DNA of 64,000 nucleotides from Actinomycetes bacterium (GTDB taxonomy: Bacteria > Actinomycetota > Actinomycetes > Streptosporangiales > Streptosporangiaceae), in contig JAOPYO010000237.1 in the NCBI GenBank assembly GCA_025964575.1, positions 3,855 to 67,854 of the forward strand. Reading direction: 5' to 3'. Shown here piece by piece: positions 1 through 9,246 of the stretch. A program made the position numbers and the translations under genes. The stretch's first letter is position 1. Each line of letters starts with the position of its first letter. A model generated the notes under the pieces. The model saw only the letters and a program-made list of their open reading frames with translations. It ran no database searches and was not told the origin of the DNA.

Positions 1-1
1 A

Positions 2-256
2 GGGCTGGAACCGGAGTCGGAGGACTGGCAGGGCTCCAGGCCTGGCGCACGACGCGGCGAAGGTGTTCTGCCCATCTACCTCGCGGCGGCGGAGGCTGCC
101 GAGGAACCCGGCACGGAAGTGGCCGGCACCAGGGTCGCAGGCCGAGAACGCGGGCCCCGGGGCCGCTGGGCCACGCTGCTGCGGCGCCGGAAGGTCATCG
201 AGGTCTCCGAGCCGGACGGCTCGGCCACCCCGGAGGTCGCACCCGGCGCGGCCTGA
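2..256 (+). CDS. 3' end of an upstream gene (partial, product unknown)
   Basis: The frame is open from the window edge to TGA at 254-256 and has mostly G/C third positions. It is absent from the ORF track because it has no start in the window. The Arg/Pro-rich 63..317 part of track ORF 63..1718 looks like an off-frame reading of this gene. Confidence 0.35.
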   Translation, partial: GLEPESEDWQGSRPGARRGEGVLPIYLAAAEAAEEPGTEVAGTRVAGRERGPRGRWATLLRRRKVIEVSEPDGSATPEVAPGAA

Positions 257-317
257 CCGTCTCCCGGTCTCGGATCGATCGCGAGGAAAGGGCCCGTCCC
301 TACCCCCAGGAGTTCCC

Positions 318-1718
318 ATGGCCCCGCATATCCACATTCGACTACGTTCCGCTGTCATTCCGACACATATGGCAATTGGGGCATCACTTGTCATAGCGGG
401 CTGCTCCAGCGGATCCGGTTCGGACCGGGCCGCGAGCGCCATCGGGTGGGCGGACACCGGCGTGAACACGGTCAGCAAGCCCATGAGCGGTGCCGGCGTC
501 ACCGCCGTCACCAGCCTCTCCAAAGGCGGCGCGCTGGAGACGGCCGTCTACGAACTGGCGGGCGGTAAGCGGCTGTGGGTCCGGCCGGCGACCATGGCGG
601 GTCGGCCGGCCGGTATGGGAGTCCAGCCGCCCGCCGTGGTCGGTGCCGGGGGCGCGACGGTCGTCGTGGCCCTCGAACCCCAGAAGAAGGGCAAATGGAA
701 CGCCACCCTGGTGGCCCGCGACGCCCGTACCGGGCAGCAGAAGTGGACCCGTCCGGTCGATTCGACGTTCGGCCCGGTGCGCTGCGGGCCGTACCTCTGC
801 CTGTCGGAGTTCACCGCCAGCAAGGACGCGCGCTTCGTCGCGCTGGATCCGGCCACCGGGCGCGGCATGTGGAAAATGCCCGGCATCGCCGAGGTGGAGT
901 GGAGCGACGGCCTGGGGGCGGCGGGCGGTGGCCAGGGGGGCGCGCCGAGGGTCGTCGTGTTCCGGATGGCCAAGCACCCGGCCCTGGAGTCCCGCGACCT
1001 GAAGACCGGGAAAACGCTGTGGTCGTTCCCCGTGGAGCAGGCGGTGGGCTCGGGCGTAAACCTTTCCGGCGGCTGGGCGTTCGGCTCCCTCGGCGACGCC
1101 CTGATCGGCTATCTCGCGCCCTACCAGGCGAAGAAGGGCGAGCCGCTGTCCACCTTCGGGTTCTTCGGACTGCGGCTGGCCGACGGCCAGCAGACCTGGG
1201 CCCGGCCGGGGATGCTCCGGGTTTACCCGAGCGCCAACCCCGCCATCGCGCTGATCACCCGTGAGGTCGATCCGTCCGGGAGGTATGGCGGCTTCGCCCA
1301 GCTCGACCCGCGTTCCGGCCAGACGACCTCCCGGATCCCGGCCGAGAAGGTCCCGCAGAGCGCCTGGTGGCTGGCCTTCCCGTCGGATCTGTCGACGCTG
1401 GGTTTCCTCTCCAAGGACCACGGGGGCGCCGCCTACGACCTGCACGCCGCCACCCCGGTCCGGCTCAAGGGGCGTAAGTCCTGGTCGTTCTGCACGGTCG
1501 ACCCGGCTCAGTTGCAGATCCCGGGCCAGCCGGGCTTCTACCCTGTCGCGTCGCTGTGCGCGTACGACCTGGCGACCGGCAAGCGGATCGGCAACCCCGG
1601 CCCGCCGCCCGGCTGGTACACCGGGGCGGTCGACGGCTGGCGGGTCTGGCGGGACGAGAACGGCGCGCTGCACGGCGCCCACGACGCGAAAGGCACCAGC
1701 CCTGGCATGTACGGGTGA
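318..1718 (+). CDS. Secreted lipoprotein, PQQ-like/BamB-like beta-propeller repeat protein
   Basis: ATG at 318 gives MAPHIHIRLRSAVIPTHMAIGASLVIAGCSSGS, a signal peptide plus lipobox IAGC. Recurring blocks TGQQKWTRPV, TGRGMWKMPG, TGKTLWSFPV and DGQQTWARPG resemble PQQ-like propeller repeats. Confidence 0.7.
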   Translation: MAPHIHIRLRSAVIPTHMAIGASLVIAGCSSGSGSDRAASAIGWADTGVNTVSKPMSGAGVTAVTSLSKGGALETAVYELAGGKRLWVRPATMAGRPAGMGVQPPAVVGAGGATVVVALEPQKKGKWNATLVARDARTGQQKWTRPVDSTFGPVRCGPYLCLSEFTASKDARFVALDPATGRGMWKMPGIAEVEWSDGLGAAGGGQGGAPRVVVFRMAKHPALESRDLKTGKTLWSFPVEQAVGSGVNLSGGWAFGSLGDALIGYLAPYQAKKGEPLSTFGFFGLRLADGQQTWARPGMLRVYPSANPAIALITREVDPSGRYGGFAQLDPRSGQTTSRIPAEKVPQSAWWLAFPSDLSTLGFLSKDHGGAAYDLHAATPVRLKGRKSWSFCTVDPAQLQIPGQPGFYPVASLCAYDLATGKRIGNPGPPPGWYTGAVDGWRVWRDENGALHGAHDAKGTSPGMYG

Positions 1719-1794
1719 TGCCTTCGGAGTGAACGGCCCGGCTTGACGGGTATGTCTGGGAGATATTGACCGAACTGGTCGACTGAAGACTGGT

Positions 1795-3651
1795 ATGAGG
1801 GAGCTGGACGCCATGGGCATAGGTAGCTATCCGGCGATTTCCGATTACGCGTTTCTCAGCGACTGCCATTCGCTGGCGCTGGTCGGCCGCGACGCATCCG
1901 TGGAGTGGGCGTGCTTCCACCGGTTCGACGGCTCCCCTGTGTTCGCCCGGATACTGGACCGGGACCGCGGCGGCTACTTCCGGATCGCCCCGAGCGGGGA
2001 CTTCCGCGCCACGCGAAGATACCTCCCGCGCACCAACGTGCTGGAGACCCGTTTCGAGACCGAGACGGGCGCGGTCACCGTGACCGACTGCCTGCCGGTG
2101 CGGGAGGACCACACCAGGCCGGGCGTGCCCGAACGCCGCCCGCCGGGCCACCTGCTCCTGCGCCGGGTGCGAGGGGAAGCCGGCACGGTGGAGCTGGACA
2201 TGATCTTCGCCCCGAGGTTCGAGTACGGGATGACCACCCCGTTCCTCGAACTGTCCGGCGAGGACCTGGCAAGAGTGGTCGGGGGCCCTGACGAGCTTCT
2301 GCTCCAGAGCGACCTCGCGCCGTTACGCCCTACGGGAACCGGCGGCTGCACGGCGCGGACGACCCTGGCGGCGGGCGAGGAGCGCTACGTCGCCCTCACC
2401 CATGCGAGGGCCGGCAGGTTGGCCGTCCGCCGGTGGTCCGAAGTCGAGCTGCGCGGCCGGCTGGAGGAGACGGTGGAGTTCTGGACCCACTGGGCCGACC
2501 GATGCACCTACGTGGGTCCGTATCGGGACATGGTGATGCGCAGCGCACTCGTCCTCAAGGGCCTCATCTACGACCAGAGTGGCGCCTGGGCCGCGGCGGC
2601 GACCACCTCGCTGCCGGAGGAGATCGGTGGCGAGCGCAATTGGGACTACCGCTACACGTGGTTGCGCGATTCGGCCGCCATGCTGGCGGCACTCGCGAGT
2701 ATCGGCTATCTGGACGAGGCGCAGCATTTCACTGACTGGCTGATGCGGACCACGGTCGGCCGGGCCGAGGATCTGCAGATCGTGTATGGCATCAACGGAG
2801 AGCGGCTGCTGCACGAGGTTCACCTCGACCATCTGGAGGGCTACCGGGGCTCCCGCCCGGTGCGCATCGGCAACGCCGCCTGGAACCAGTTCCAGCTCGA
2901 CACTTACGGGGAACTGCTGGCGGCGGCCTGGTTCATCACCGGCCAGCACGGCTGGCGACCCATCACCCCGCATGCCGCCTCGTTCATCCGTGACGTCGTC
3001 GAGCTGAACATTCAGCGCTGGGAGGAGCCGGGCGAAGGCATCTGGGAGATCCGCGGCGAGCCCCGGCACTTCGTCTCCTCCAAGCTCATGGCGTGGCTTG
3101 CCGTCGACCGCGGCATTCACATGCTTGACCTTGGCCTGCTCCCGAGCTCGGCCACGGACACCGCGCTCCGCGAGCGTTGGGATCGGGCGCGCGAGGAGAT
3201 CCGCACCGCCCTGGAGACCAGGGGAGTCGACCCCAAGACCGGGGCGTTCGTGCAGGCGTTCGACCACGAGGCGTTGGACGCGTCCGCTCTGCAGGTCGGG
3301 CTGCGCGGCTTCCTGCCGTTCGACGATCCCCGGATTCTCGCCACCATCGACCGGATCGAGGCCGAACTGACCCGCAACGGTCACGTCTACCGCTACCTGA
3401 ACGAGGACGGCCTGCCCGGGGAAACGGGCTCGTTCGTGTTCTGCACGCTCTGGCTGGTCAGCGCCCTCGGCCGGGCCAGGCGCATCGGGGCCGCCGAAGC
3501 GCATCTGGCCCAGGTTCTTGACTGTGCCAACGACCTTGGCCTGCTCGCCGAGGAGATCGACCCTGACAGCGGGGAACAACTCGGCAACTTCCCCCAGGGG
3601 TTCAGCCATCTCGGCGTCATCGCAGCCGTGCTGAATCTGGACTATGCGTAG
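1795..3651 (+). CDS. Glycoside hydrolase family 15 (glucoamylase/trehalase-like)
   Basis: 618-aa ORF. The N-terminal ISDYAFLSDCHSLALVGRDASVEWACFHRFD and the NWDYRYTWLRDSA block are typical of GH15 enzymes. An alternative ATG lies at 1813. Confidence 0.9.
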   Translation: MRELDAMGIGSYPAISDYAFLSDCHSLALVGRDASVEWACFHRFDGSPVFARILDRDRGGYFRIAPSGDFRATRRYLPRTNVLETRFETETGAVTVTDCLPVREDHTRPGVPERRPPGHLLLRRVRGEAGTVELDMIFAPRFEYGMTTPFLELSGEDLARVVGGPDELLLQSDLAPLRPTGTGGCTARTTLAAGEERYVALTHARAGRLAVRRWSEVELRGRLEETVEFWTHWADRCTYVGPYRDMVMRSALVLKGLIYDQSGAWAAAATTSLPEEIGGERNWDYRYTWLRDSAAMLAALASIGYLDEAQHFTDWLMRTTVGRAEDLQIVYGINGERLLHEVHLDHLEGYRGSRPVRIGNAAWNQFQLDTYGELLAAAWFITGQHGWRPITPHAASFIRDVVELNIQRWEEPGEGIWEIRGEPRHFVSSKLMAWLAVDRGIHMLDLGLLPSSATDTALRERWDRAREEIRTALETRGVDPKTGAFVQAFDHEALDASALQVGLRGFLPFDDPRILATIDRIEAELTRNGHVYRYLNEDGLPGETGSFVFCTLWLVSALGRARRIGAAEAHLAQVLDCANDLGLLAEEIDPDSGEQLGNFPQGFSHLGVIAAVLNLDYA

Positions 3652-3691
3652 GGTCCCCACCTCGCGTTACGGCGAAATGCGGCCCAGCACA

Positions 3692-3729
3692 CAGGGCGCC
3701 CTGGCTGAGGCCAGGACGCCCTGTTTCTC
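3692..3729. terminator. Hairpin between convergent genes (GH15 and MMPL)
   Basis: CAGGGCGCCCTGG-ctgagg-CCAGGACGCCCTG forms a 13-bp stem with 1 mismatch, followed by TTTCTCG. Confidence 0.6.
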
Positions 3730-3857
3730 GTCGAGTCGCGGCGAGCGCGCCACTGGGACGCCTCCTCGGAGGCGACTCACCAGGAGCCGACGTTCTTAGA
3801 ACAGCGTGTCCCGTAGATCTATGTCCGGCTGCGACGGGCGAGACCCACGGGACTCAC

Positions 3858-6008
3858 CTAGTGGACCGCTGTGGGCGTGCGTTGCGGCTCCTGACCCGGC
3901 TGGTCGGCGACCGCGTCGCCGTGCCCCGGCCACCACGCCTTGTGGCCCAGCAGGGCGGTAATGCCCGGAACCAGGAAGGCGGACATCACGAAGGCCGAGA
4001 GCAGGATGCCGATCGCGACTCCGAAGCCGATCTGGGCCAAGAACGACATCGGGGACAGCACCAGTACCCCGAAGGTGCCGGCCAGGATCACTCCCGCGGC
4101 AGCCACCGTCGGGCCCGCGTGCTGGACACCGAGTTCGGCCGCGCGCCGCGGGCTGTGACCCTCACGGGCCTCCTCCCGCAGGCGGGCGATCATGAGGATG
4201 TTGTAGTCCGTTCCGATCGCCATCACGAAGAGGTAGAGGAAGATCGGCAACTGGAAGATCAGACCGGGCTTGCCCTCGATCCCCTGGAAGAGGAACACCG
4301 TGGCGCCGAGGGTCGCCGTGAAGCCGAGGAGCACCGCCACCACCAGATACACCGGTGCCACCAGCGAGCGCAGCAGCAGAGCCAGGATGATCGCGATCAG
4401 GATCACCGCGACCGGCAGGATGACCGACAGATCCCGGTTGTTGATGACGTTGATGTCGGCGAAGGCCGCCGTCTGACCGCCGACCAGCGCCTTGGTGCCG
4501 GGCGGGGCGTTCTTGTGGACGTAGTCCCGCAGCGGCCCCTTGACCAGGCTGATCGCCTCATTGGAGCTGGGGTTCTGCTTGAGCACCAGGTTGATCTTGG
4601 CGACGGACTTGTCCGTGCCGAGCACGGCCGGGGCGACCTGAGCGACCCCCGGAGCACCCGACAGGGTCTTCCCATAGGAGGTGAGCGTGCTCTGGTCGAG
4701 CGGCCCGCTGCCCTGCACATAGACCTCGGTCGGGGTCAGCGTCCCGGCCGCGAAGTTCTTGCGCAGATCCTTCATGGCCTTGGCCGATTCGGTGTTCTGC
4801 GGGGCACCGGCGGTGAAGTCGTAGTCGGCCTTGAAGCCGAGTGCACCACCGGCGAGCACGAGGAGCATCAGGCCGGCGGCCGCCACGGTGACCGCCGGAC
4901 GGCGTCCGACGGCACCGCCGAGCTTGACCCACAGACCCGGCTTCGGCTCCTTCTTCCAGGCCTTCGACGGCCAGAAGACGACCCGGCCGAGCAGCGAGAC
5001 CAACGCGGGCACCAGGGTCATGGAAGTGACGAACATGACGCCTACCGCGATCGCCAGCTGCGGGCCGAGTGCGCCGAAGGACTTGAAGGAGGCGAGCAGC
5101 AGCACGAGGAACGCCACGATGACCGCGCCGGCCGCGGAGGCGATGGCCTCGCCCACCCGCTCGACCGTGGTGATCATCGCGGTCTTCTTGTCCTCGCCCA
5201 GCCGCAGCCGCTCCCGGTAACGGAAGAGCAGGAACAGGATGTAGTCGGTGCCGATTCCGTACAGCACCACCAGGACGATCGTCTCGAAACCCTTGTCGAT
5301 GTTGAGGCCGACCGCGTTCCCGATGATCGCGGTGACCGCGCTCGACACGACCGACACCAGAGCGATGATCAGGATCGGCAGCAGCGCGGCGATGGGGCTG
5401 CGGAAAATGATCGCCAAGATGGTGATGATCAGCACGACGGTGGCGATGCCGATCAGAGCCAGGGTCTGCTGGTCGGACTTCTCGTTGTCCACGTTCGTGG
5501 CGGCGTCACCGGTCACGCCGTAGGTCAGCGGGCTGCCGCGGATCTCGTCGGTGGTCACCGTGCGGATCTGCTTGACGGCATCGCTGTTCTTCTTCTGCAG
5601 ATCCTGGTCGAAGCCCTGGGGCAGCGGCGCCGCGATCAGCTGCATCGAGTGGTCTTTGGCCAGCATCTCGGGGCTGGACACCACCTTGGTGACCTGGGGG
5701 ATGTGCTTGGCCTCGAGCGCCTGGGCGATCTGGGTGACCTTCTGCTGGTCCGCCGGGGTGAGCGGCTGCCCGTCACTCCGCTTGACCACGATCATGGCGG
5801 GGCTGGTCTTCTGGTCCTTGCTGGGGAACGCCTTCTCCGCCAGCTTGCCTGCCTGTACGGACTCGTACTTGGACGGCAGGAAGTCGGTCTGATCGGTCTT
5901 GGTCTTGAGATTGGGAGCGAATGCGATGAGGGCGACGGCGGTGACCAGCCACGCCACGATCGTCCACCATGGATGTCGTACTACGACGCGTCCGAGCCGC
6001 CCGAACAT
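3858..6008 (-). CDS. MMPL family RND-type membrane transporter
   Basis: ATG at 6008 (MFGRLGRVVVRHPWWTIVAWL) follows GGAAAGAAGG. The motifs GTDYILFLLFRYRE and GTDYNILMIARLREE are duplicated, with two 6-TM bundles and large loops. Confidence 0.9.
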   Translation of the reverse strand: MFGRLGRVVVRHPWWTIVAWLVTAVALIAFAPNLKTKTDQTDFLPSKYESVQAGKLAEKAFPSKDQKTSPAMIVVKRSDGQPLTPADQQKVTQIAQALEAKHIPQVTKVVSSPEMLAKDHSMQLIAAPLPQGFDQDLQKKNSDAVKQIRTVTTDEIRGSPLTYGVTGDAATNVDNEKSDQQTLALIGIATVVLIITILAIIFRSPIAALLPILIIALVSVVSSAVTAIIGNAVGLNIDKGFETIVLVVLYGIGTDYILFLLFRYRERLRLGEDKKTAMITTVERVGEAIASAAGAVIVAFLVLLLASFKSFGALGPQLAIAVGVMFVTSMTLVPALVSLLGRVVFWPSKAWKKEPKPGLWVKLGGAVGRRPAVTVAAAGLMLLVLAGGALGFKADYDFTAGAPQNTESAKAMKDLRKNFAAGTLTPTEVYVQGSGPLDQSTLTSYGKTLSGAPGVAQVAPAVLGTDKSVAKINLVLKQNPSSNEAISLVKGPLRDYVHKNAPPGTKALVGGQTAAFADINVINNRDLSVILPVAVILIAIILALLLRSLVAPVYLVVAVLLGFTATLGATVFLFQGIEGKPGLIFQLPIFLYLFVMAIGTDYNILMIARLREEAREGHSPRRAAELGVQHAGPTVAAAGVILAGTFGVLVLSPMSFLAQIGFGVAIGILLSAFVMSAFLVPGITALLGHKAWWPGHGDAVADQPGQEPQRTPTAVH

Positions 6009-6162
6009 GAAGCCTTCTTTCCACGAGTCTTTTAGAATGCATCCCAACGCTATGAGGCGATCCACGCGATTTGATCGCCCTAGGCGTGGAAATCCGGCCT
6101 GCTACCTCTGGGGGAGCCCCTCCTCCTCTGGTAGGGGATGGTGAACGGCTAACCTCAGGGTC

Positions 6163-7353
6163 ATGACTCACAGGGGGTCTCAGGGGGGCGCAGCCCCGCT
6201 GAGGGACACAGCCGACATTGCCGGGTTCGAGACGCTCGCCATTCACGCGGGCCAGGAGCCTGATCCGACGACCGGTGCGGTGGTACCGCCGATCTACCAG
6301 GTCTCCACCTACAAGCAGGACGGCGTCGGGGGACTGCGCGGCGGCTACGAGTACAGCCGTAGCGCCAACCCCACCCGCACCGCGCTGGAAGAGTGCCTGG
6401 CCGCGATCGAGCACGGCGTCCGTGGGCTGGCCTTCGCCTCCGGGCTGGCCGCCGAGGACGCGCTGCTCCGGACGATCTGCAAGCCGGGTGACCACGTGAT
6501 CATCCCGAACGACGCGTACGGCGGCACGTACCGGCTGTTCGCCAAGGTCCTGCAGCCGTGGGGGGTGGCGTACGACCCCGTACCACTGGGCGACCTCGAT
6601 GCCGTACGGGCCGCCATCCGCCCCGAGACCGTGGCGATCTGGGTCGAGACGCCGACCAACCCGCTGCTCGGTATCGCGGATATCGCGGCGCTCGCCCAGA
6701 CGGCCCATTCCGCCGGCGCTCTGCTGATCGTCGACAACACGTTCGCCTCGCCGTACCTGCAGCGGCCGCTGGAGCTGGGTGCGGACGTCGTGGCGCACTC
6801 GACCACCAAATACCTCGGTGGCCACTCCGACGTCGTCGGAGGTGCGCTGGTCGTCGCCGACGCCGAGTTGGGGGAGCGGCTGGCTTTCCACCAGAACGCC
6901 ATGGGTGCCATCGCGGGGCCGTTCGACGCGTGGCTGACCCTGCGCGGGATCAAGACCCTCGGGGTGCGCATGGACCGGCACTGCGCCAACGCCGAGAAGA
7001 TCGTCGAGATGCTCGTCCGCCATCCGAAGGTGACGCAGGTGCTCTACCCCGGGCTTCCCGACCACCCGGGGCACGAGATCGCGGTCAAGCAGATGAAGGC
7101 CGGTGGCGGCATGGTGTCCTTCCGTCTCCGCGCCGGTGAGGACGAGGCCGTACGCGTGTGCGAGCGGACGAAGCTGTTCACACTGGGAGAGTCCCTGGGC
7201 GGAGTCGAGTCCCTGATCGAGCACCCCGGCCGGATGACGCATGCCTCGGCGGCGGGTTCGCCGCTGGAGGTGCCGGCCGACCTGGTCCGGTTGTCGGTCG
7301 GCATCGAGGACGCCGTCGACCTGCTCGCCGACCTGGAGCAGGCTCTTACCTGA
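6163..7353 (+). CDS. metB: Cystathionine gamma-synthase/gamma-lyase family PLP enzyme
   Basis: ETLAIHAGQEPDPTTGAVVPPIYQVSTY and the PLP-lysine motif HSTTKYLGGHSD are present. CGS and CGL cannot be separated by eye; the symbol is given on synteny with greA/mca. Confidence 0.8.
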   Translation: MTHRGSQGGAAPLRDTADIAGFETLAIHAGQEPDPTTGAVVPPIYQVSTYKQDGVGGLRGGYEYSRSANPTRTALEECLAAIEHGVRGLAFASGLAAEDALLRTICKPGDHVIIPNDAYGGTYRLFAKVLQPWGVAYDPVPLGDLDAVRAAIRPETVAIWVETPTNPLLGIADIAALAQTAHSAGALLIVDNTFASPYLQRPLELGADVVAHSTTKYLGGHSDVVGGALVVADAELGERLAFHQNAMGAIAGPFDAWLTLRGIKTLGVRMDRHCANAEKIVEMLVRHPKVTQVLYPGLPDHPGHEIAVKQMKAGGGMVSFRLRAGEDEAVRVCERTKLFTLGESLGGVESLIEHPGRMTHASAAGSPLEVPADLVRLSVGIEDAVDLLADLEQALT

Positions 7354-7403
7354 CCCGCCATGATCTCGCAGTTCGGGTCGGCATGAACCGCAAGATATAA
7401 GGC

Positions 7404-7434
7404 AAGGGGGAGGGGCGTAACCCCTCCCCCTTTT
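7404..7434 (+). terminator. Rho-independent terminator after metB
   Basis: AAGGGGGAGGGG-cgtaa-CCCCTCCCCCTT is a perfect 12-bp stem running into a TTTT tract. Confidence 0.85.
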
Positions 7435-7695
7435 CCGGGTCAGTAGTGACCGCCAACCCCGCTGTGGCCGAGGCAACTCTCCCGTACAGACGCATGCGTT
7501 CTCCTTTGGGTTCTGAACTGCTTGCCGGGAACGAGTCTTCTGAGCCCGCCCGGCGGCGGACAGGGCGCCCGGACCTATCCAGGGACCCAACATGGTCTGC
7601 GAGATCACGGCGGATTGGAGGGGACTGCGGAGTATTTCGTGATCGAACCAATATGCTGTGCATCTCTCCTCCCTCCCCCCAGGAAAGGGACGCCT

Positions 7696-8625
7696 GTGCG
7701 CAAGGTGCTGGTCCTCGGCATGACTCTCGTCGTCGCCGGGACGACCGCGGTGGGAGCGCCCCTCACCGCGGCCACCGCGGCCGTGCCCGAGGCCACCGTC
7801 GCCGCGGCCGCGTTCACGGGGTCTCCCGCGGTCGTGGCGCGTTCCCTCGAGCAGCGCACCTACGCGTACGGGACGGACGCGCGCCAGCAGCTCGACGCCT
7901 ATTGGGGAACGCCCAAGAGCGGCAGGCAGCCCGCCGTGCTGCTGCTGCACGGCGGATACTGGCTCGGCGGTGACAAGGCATCGTGGAAGACCTTTGCGCA
8001 GAAGCTTTCCGCCCGGGGCTATGCCGCATTCGCGGCGAATTACCGATTGAGTCAGCAGAAGCGGTGGCCGGCTCAGCGCAATGACTCGGTGGCCGCATTG
8101 GCCTATATCAAACGGCATGCGGCCCGGTTCCATCTCGACCCGAACCGGGTCGTGGTCATCGGCGCCTCTGCGGGCGGTCAGCTGGCGACCATGCTGGGGA
8201 CCTATGGTGCCGGTAGGAACAATGTGCGCGGTGTCGTGGCGCTATCGCCAGTGAACTCGCCGTACCTCGCCTACCTCGACGGCGCGAAGGCGAGGGCCAG
8301 GGCCTCCCAGCGCAAACTCCGCGCATCCGTGGTGCAGTTGATCGGCTGCACCCCTCGGCCGGAGAGCGCCGCTTGCTGGGATCGCGTTCAGGACGTCACT
8401 CCGGTCAACCATGTGGACAAGGGCGACGCGCCGATGCTGCTGATGCACTCGGCAGGTGACTTCGTGCCGTATGAGCAGAGCATCGCACTGCGGGACGCCC
8501 TCACCACGGCCGAGATCCCGGTGACTCTCACCAAGGTGAAGGGATCGGCCCATGGCGCGACTCTGCTCAACGACGCCCGGGTGGAGAAGACCGTACTCAA
8601 CTGGGTCTATGCCAAGACTCGGTAG
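7696..8625 (+). CDS. Secreted alpha/beta hydrolase (esterase/lipase-like)
   Basis: GTG at 7696 follows AGGAAAGGGA. A signal peptide VRKVLVLGMTLVVAGTTAVGAPLTAATA is present, with HGGYW and the nucleophile elbow GASAGG. Confidence 0.8.
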   Translation: MRKVLVLGMTLVVAGTTAVGAPLTAATAAVPEATVAAAAFTGSPAVVARSLEQRTYAYGTDARQQLDAYWGTPKSGRQPAVLLLHGGYWLGGDKASWKTFAQKLSARGYAAFAANYRLSQQKRWPAQRNDSVAALAYIKRHAARFHLDPNRVVVIGASAGGQLATMLGTYGAGRNNVRGVVALSPVNSPYLAYLDGAKARARASQRKLRASVVQLIGCTPRPESAACWDRVQDVTPVNHVDKGDAPMLLMHSAGDFVPYEQSIALRDALTTAEIPVTLTKVKGSAHGATLLNDARVEKTVLNWVYAKTR

Positions 8626-8628
8626 CTT

Positions 8629-9186
8629 TCAGCCCACGTTCCAGACCATCAAGAAGAGGATCACCAGCCAGATCAGGGTGATCACACCGGACAAGGCGGA
8701 GATCCGTCCGCGCTCGACCTCGGCGATCTTGCCGGGCACGTTCGGCCGCGCGGGTTCGGGTGCGGGCTGCGGCTCGGGAGTGGCTGAGTCCTTCTGCGCG
8801 GATGAGGCCTCGGCGTCAGCAGGTGCCTCCGAGGCCGTCGGCTCGGCCGGCGGAGCGGGCTGTCGCTCGGCGACGGCCAGTTCCAGGGCGTGCACCGCCT
8901 TTCCCTGGTCGCGGTCGACGATGAGCAGCAGCACCAGGGCGACGATGAACAGCGTCATCGATGCCGACAGCCACACCCTGGCGAAGTCCCCCTTTGCGAG
9001 GAACAGACCGACTAAGAAGATGCCCAGCGTTGCCAGACCGTAGATCCGGGTCACTCGGTGTAGGTAGCGCAGGACGGCGATGTTCCGCGCGCGGATGTAA
9101 CGCGGCGTCGCCATGGTCGCCGCCGTCAGCGGACCTAGCGTGAAGATCGCGAAGCCGATGTGCAGAGTCAGCAGCAGACGGTCCAT
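8629..9186 (-). CDS. Integral membrane protein, unknown function
   Basis: 185-aa ORF with four hydrophobic helices and a Pro/Ala/Glu-rich loop. Its G/C third positions are consistent with coding. Confidence 0.7.
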   Translation of the reverse strand: MDRLLLTLHIGFAIFTLGPLTAATMATPRYIRARNIAVLRYLHRVTRIYGLATLGIFLVGLFLAKGDFARVWLSASMTLFIVALVLLLIVDRDQGKAVHALELAVAERQPAPPAEPTASEAPADAEASSAQKDSATPEPQPAPEPARPNVPGKIAEVERGRISALSGVITLIWLVILFLMVWNVG

Positions 9187-9246
9187 GAGATCGACATTAG
9201 TTCGGTGGTGCCTCCGCGCAAAGGAGGGCCCGGACGGGCGCGCCGG

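Noticed and set aside
63-317. N-terminal extensions offered by the ORF track. Examples are 63..317 of the lipoprotein, 13694..14086 of ROK, 30476..30907 of esterase 2, 35562..35717 of the DUF255 protein, 39737..39892 of TetR and 27229..27597 of the small membrane protein.
   Set aside because: The extensions are Arg/Pro-rich and overlap the preceding gene in another frame. Internal starts with an RBS, signal peptide or start/stop overlap give proteins of family-typical length.
3861-6035. Very long ORFs antisense to, or out of frame with, recognisable genes. Examples are 3861..6035(+), 5773..8133(-), 14592..16568(-), 16698..19190(+), 17890..19668(-), 40730..42037(-), 43814..45217(-) and 47827..49860(+).
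   Set aside because: Their translations are Arg/Pro/Gly/His-rich low-complexity sequences typical of wrong-frame reading in high-GC DNA. Each overlaps a gene with clear family motifs on the other strand or frame.
6066-6162. Possible SAM-type riboswitch upstream of metB.
   Set aside because: The region is about 100 nt and shows only a short direct repeat (CCTCTGG twice). I could not recognise a SAM-I/SAM-IV-like core or a multi-stem architecture.
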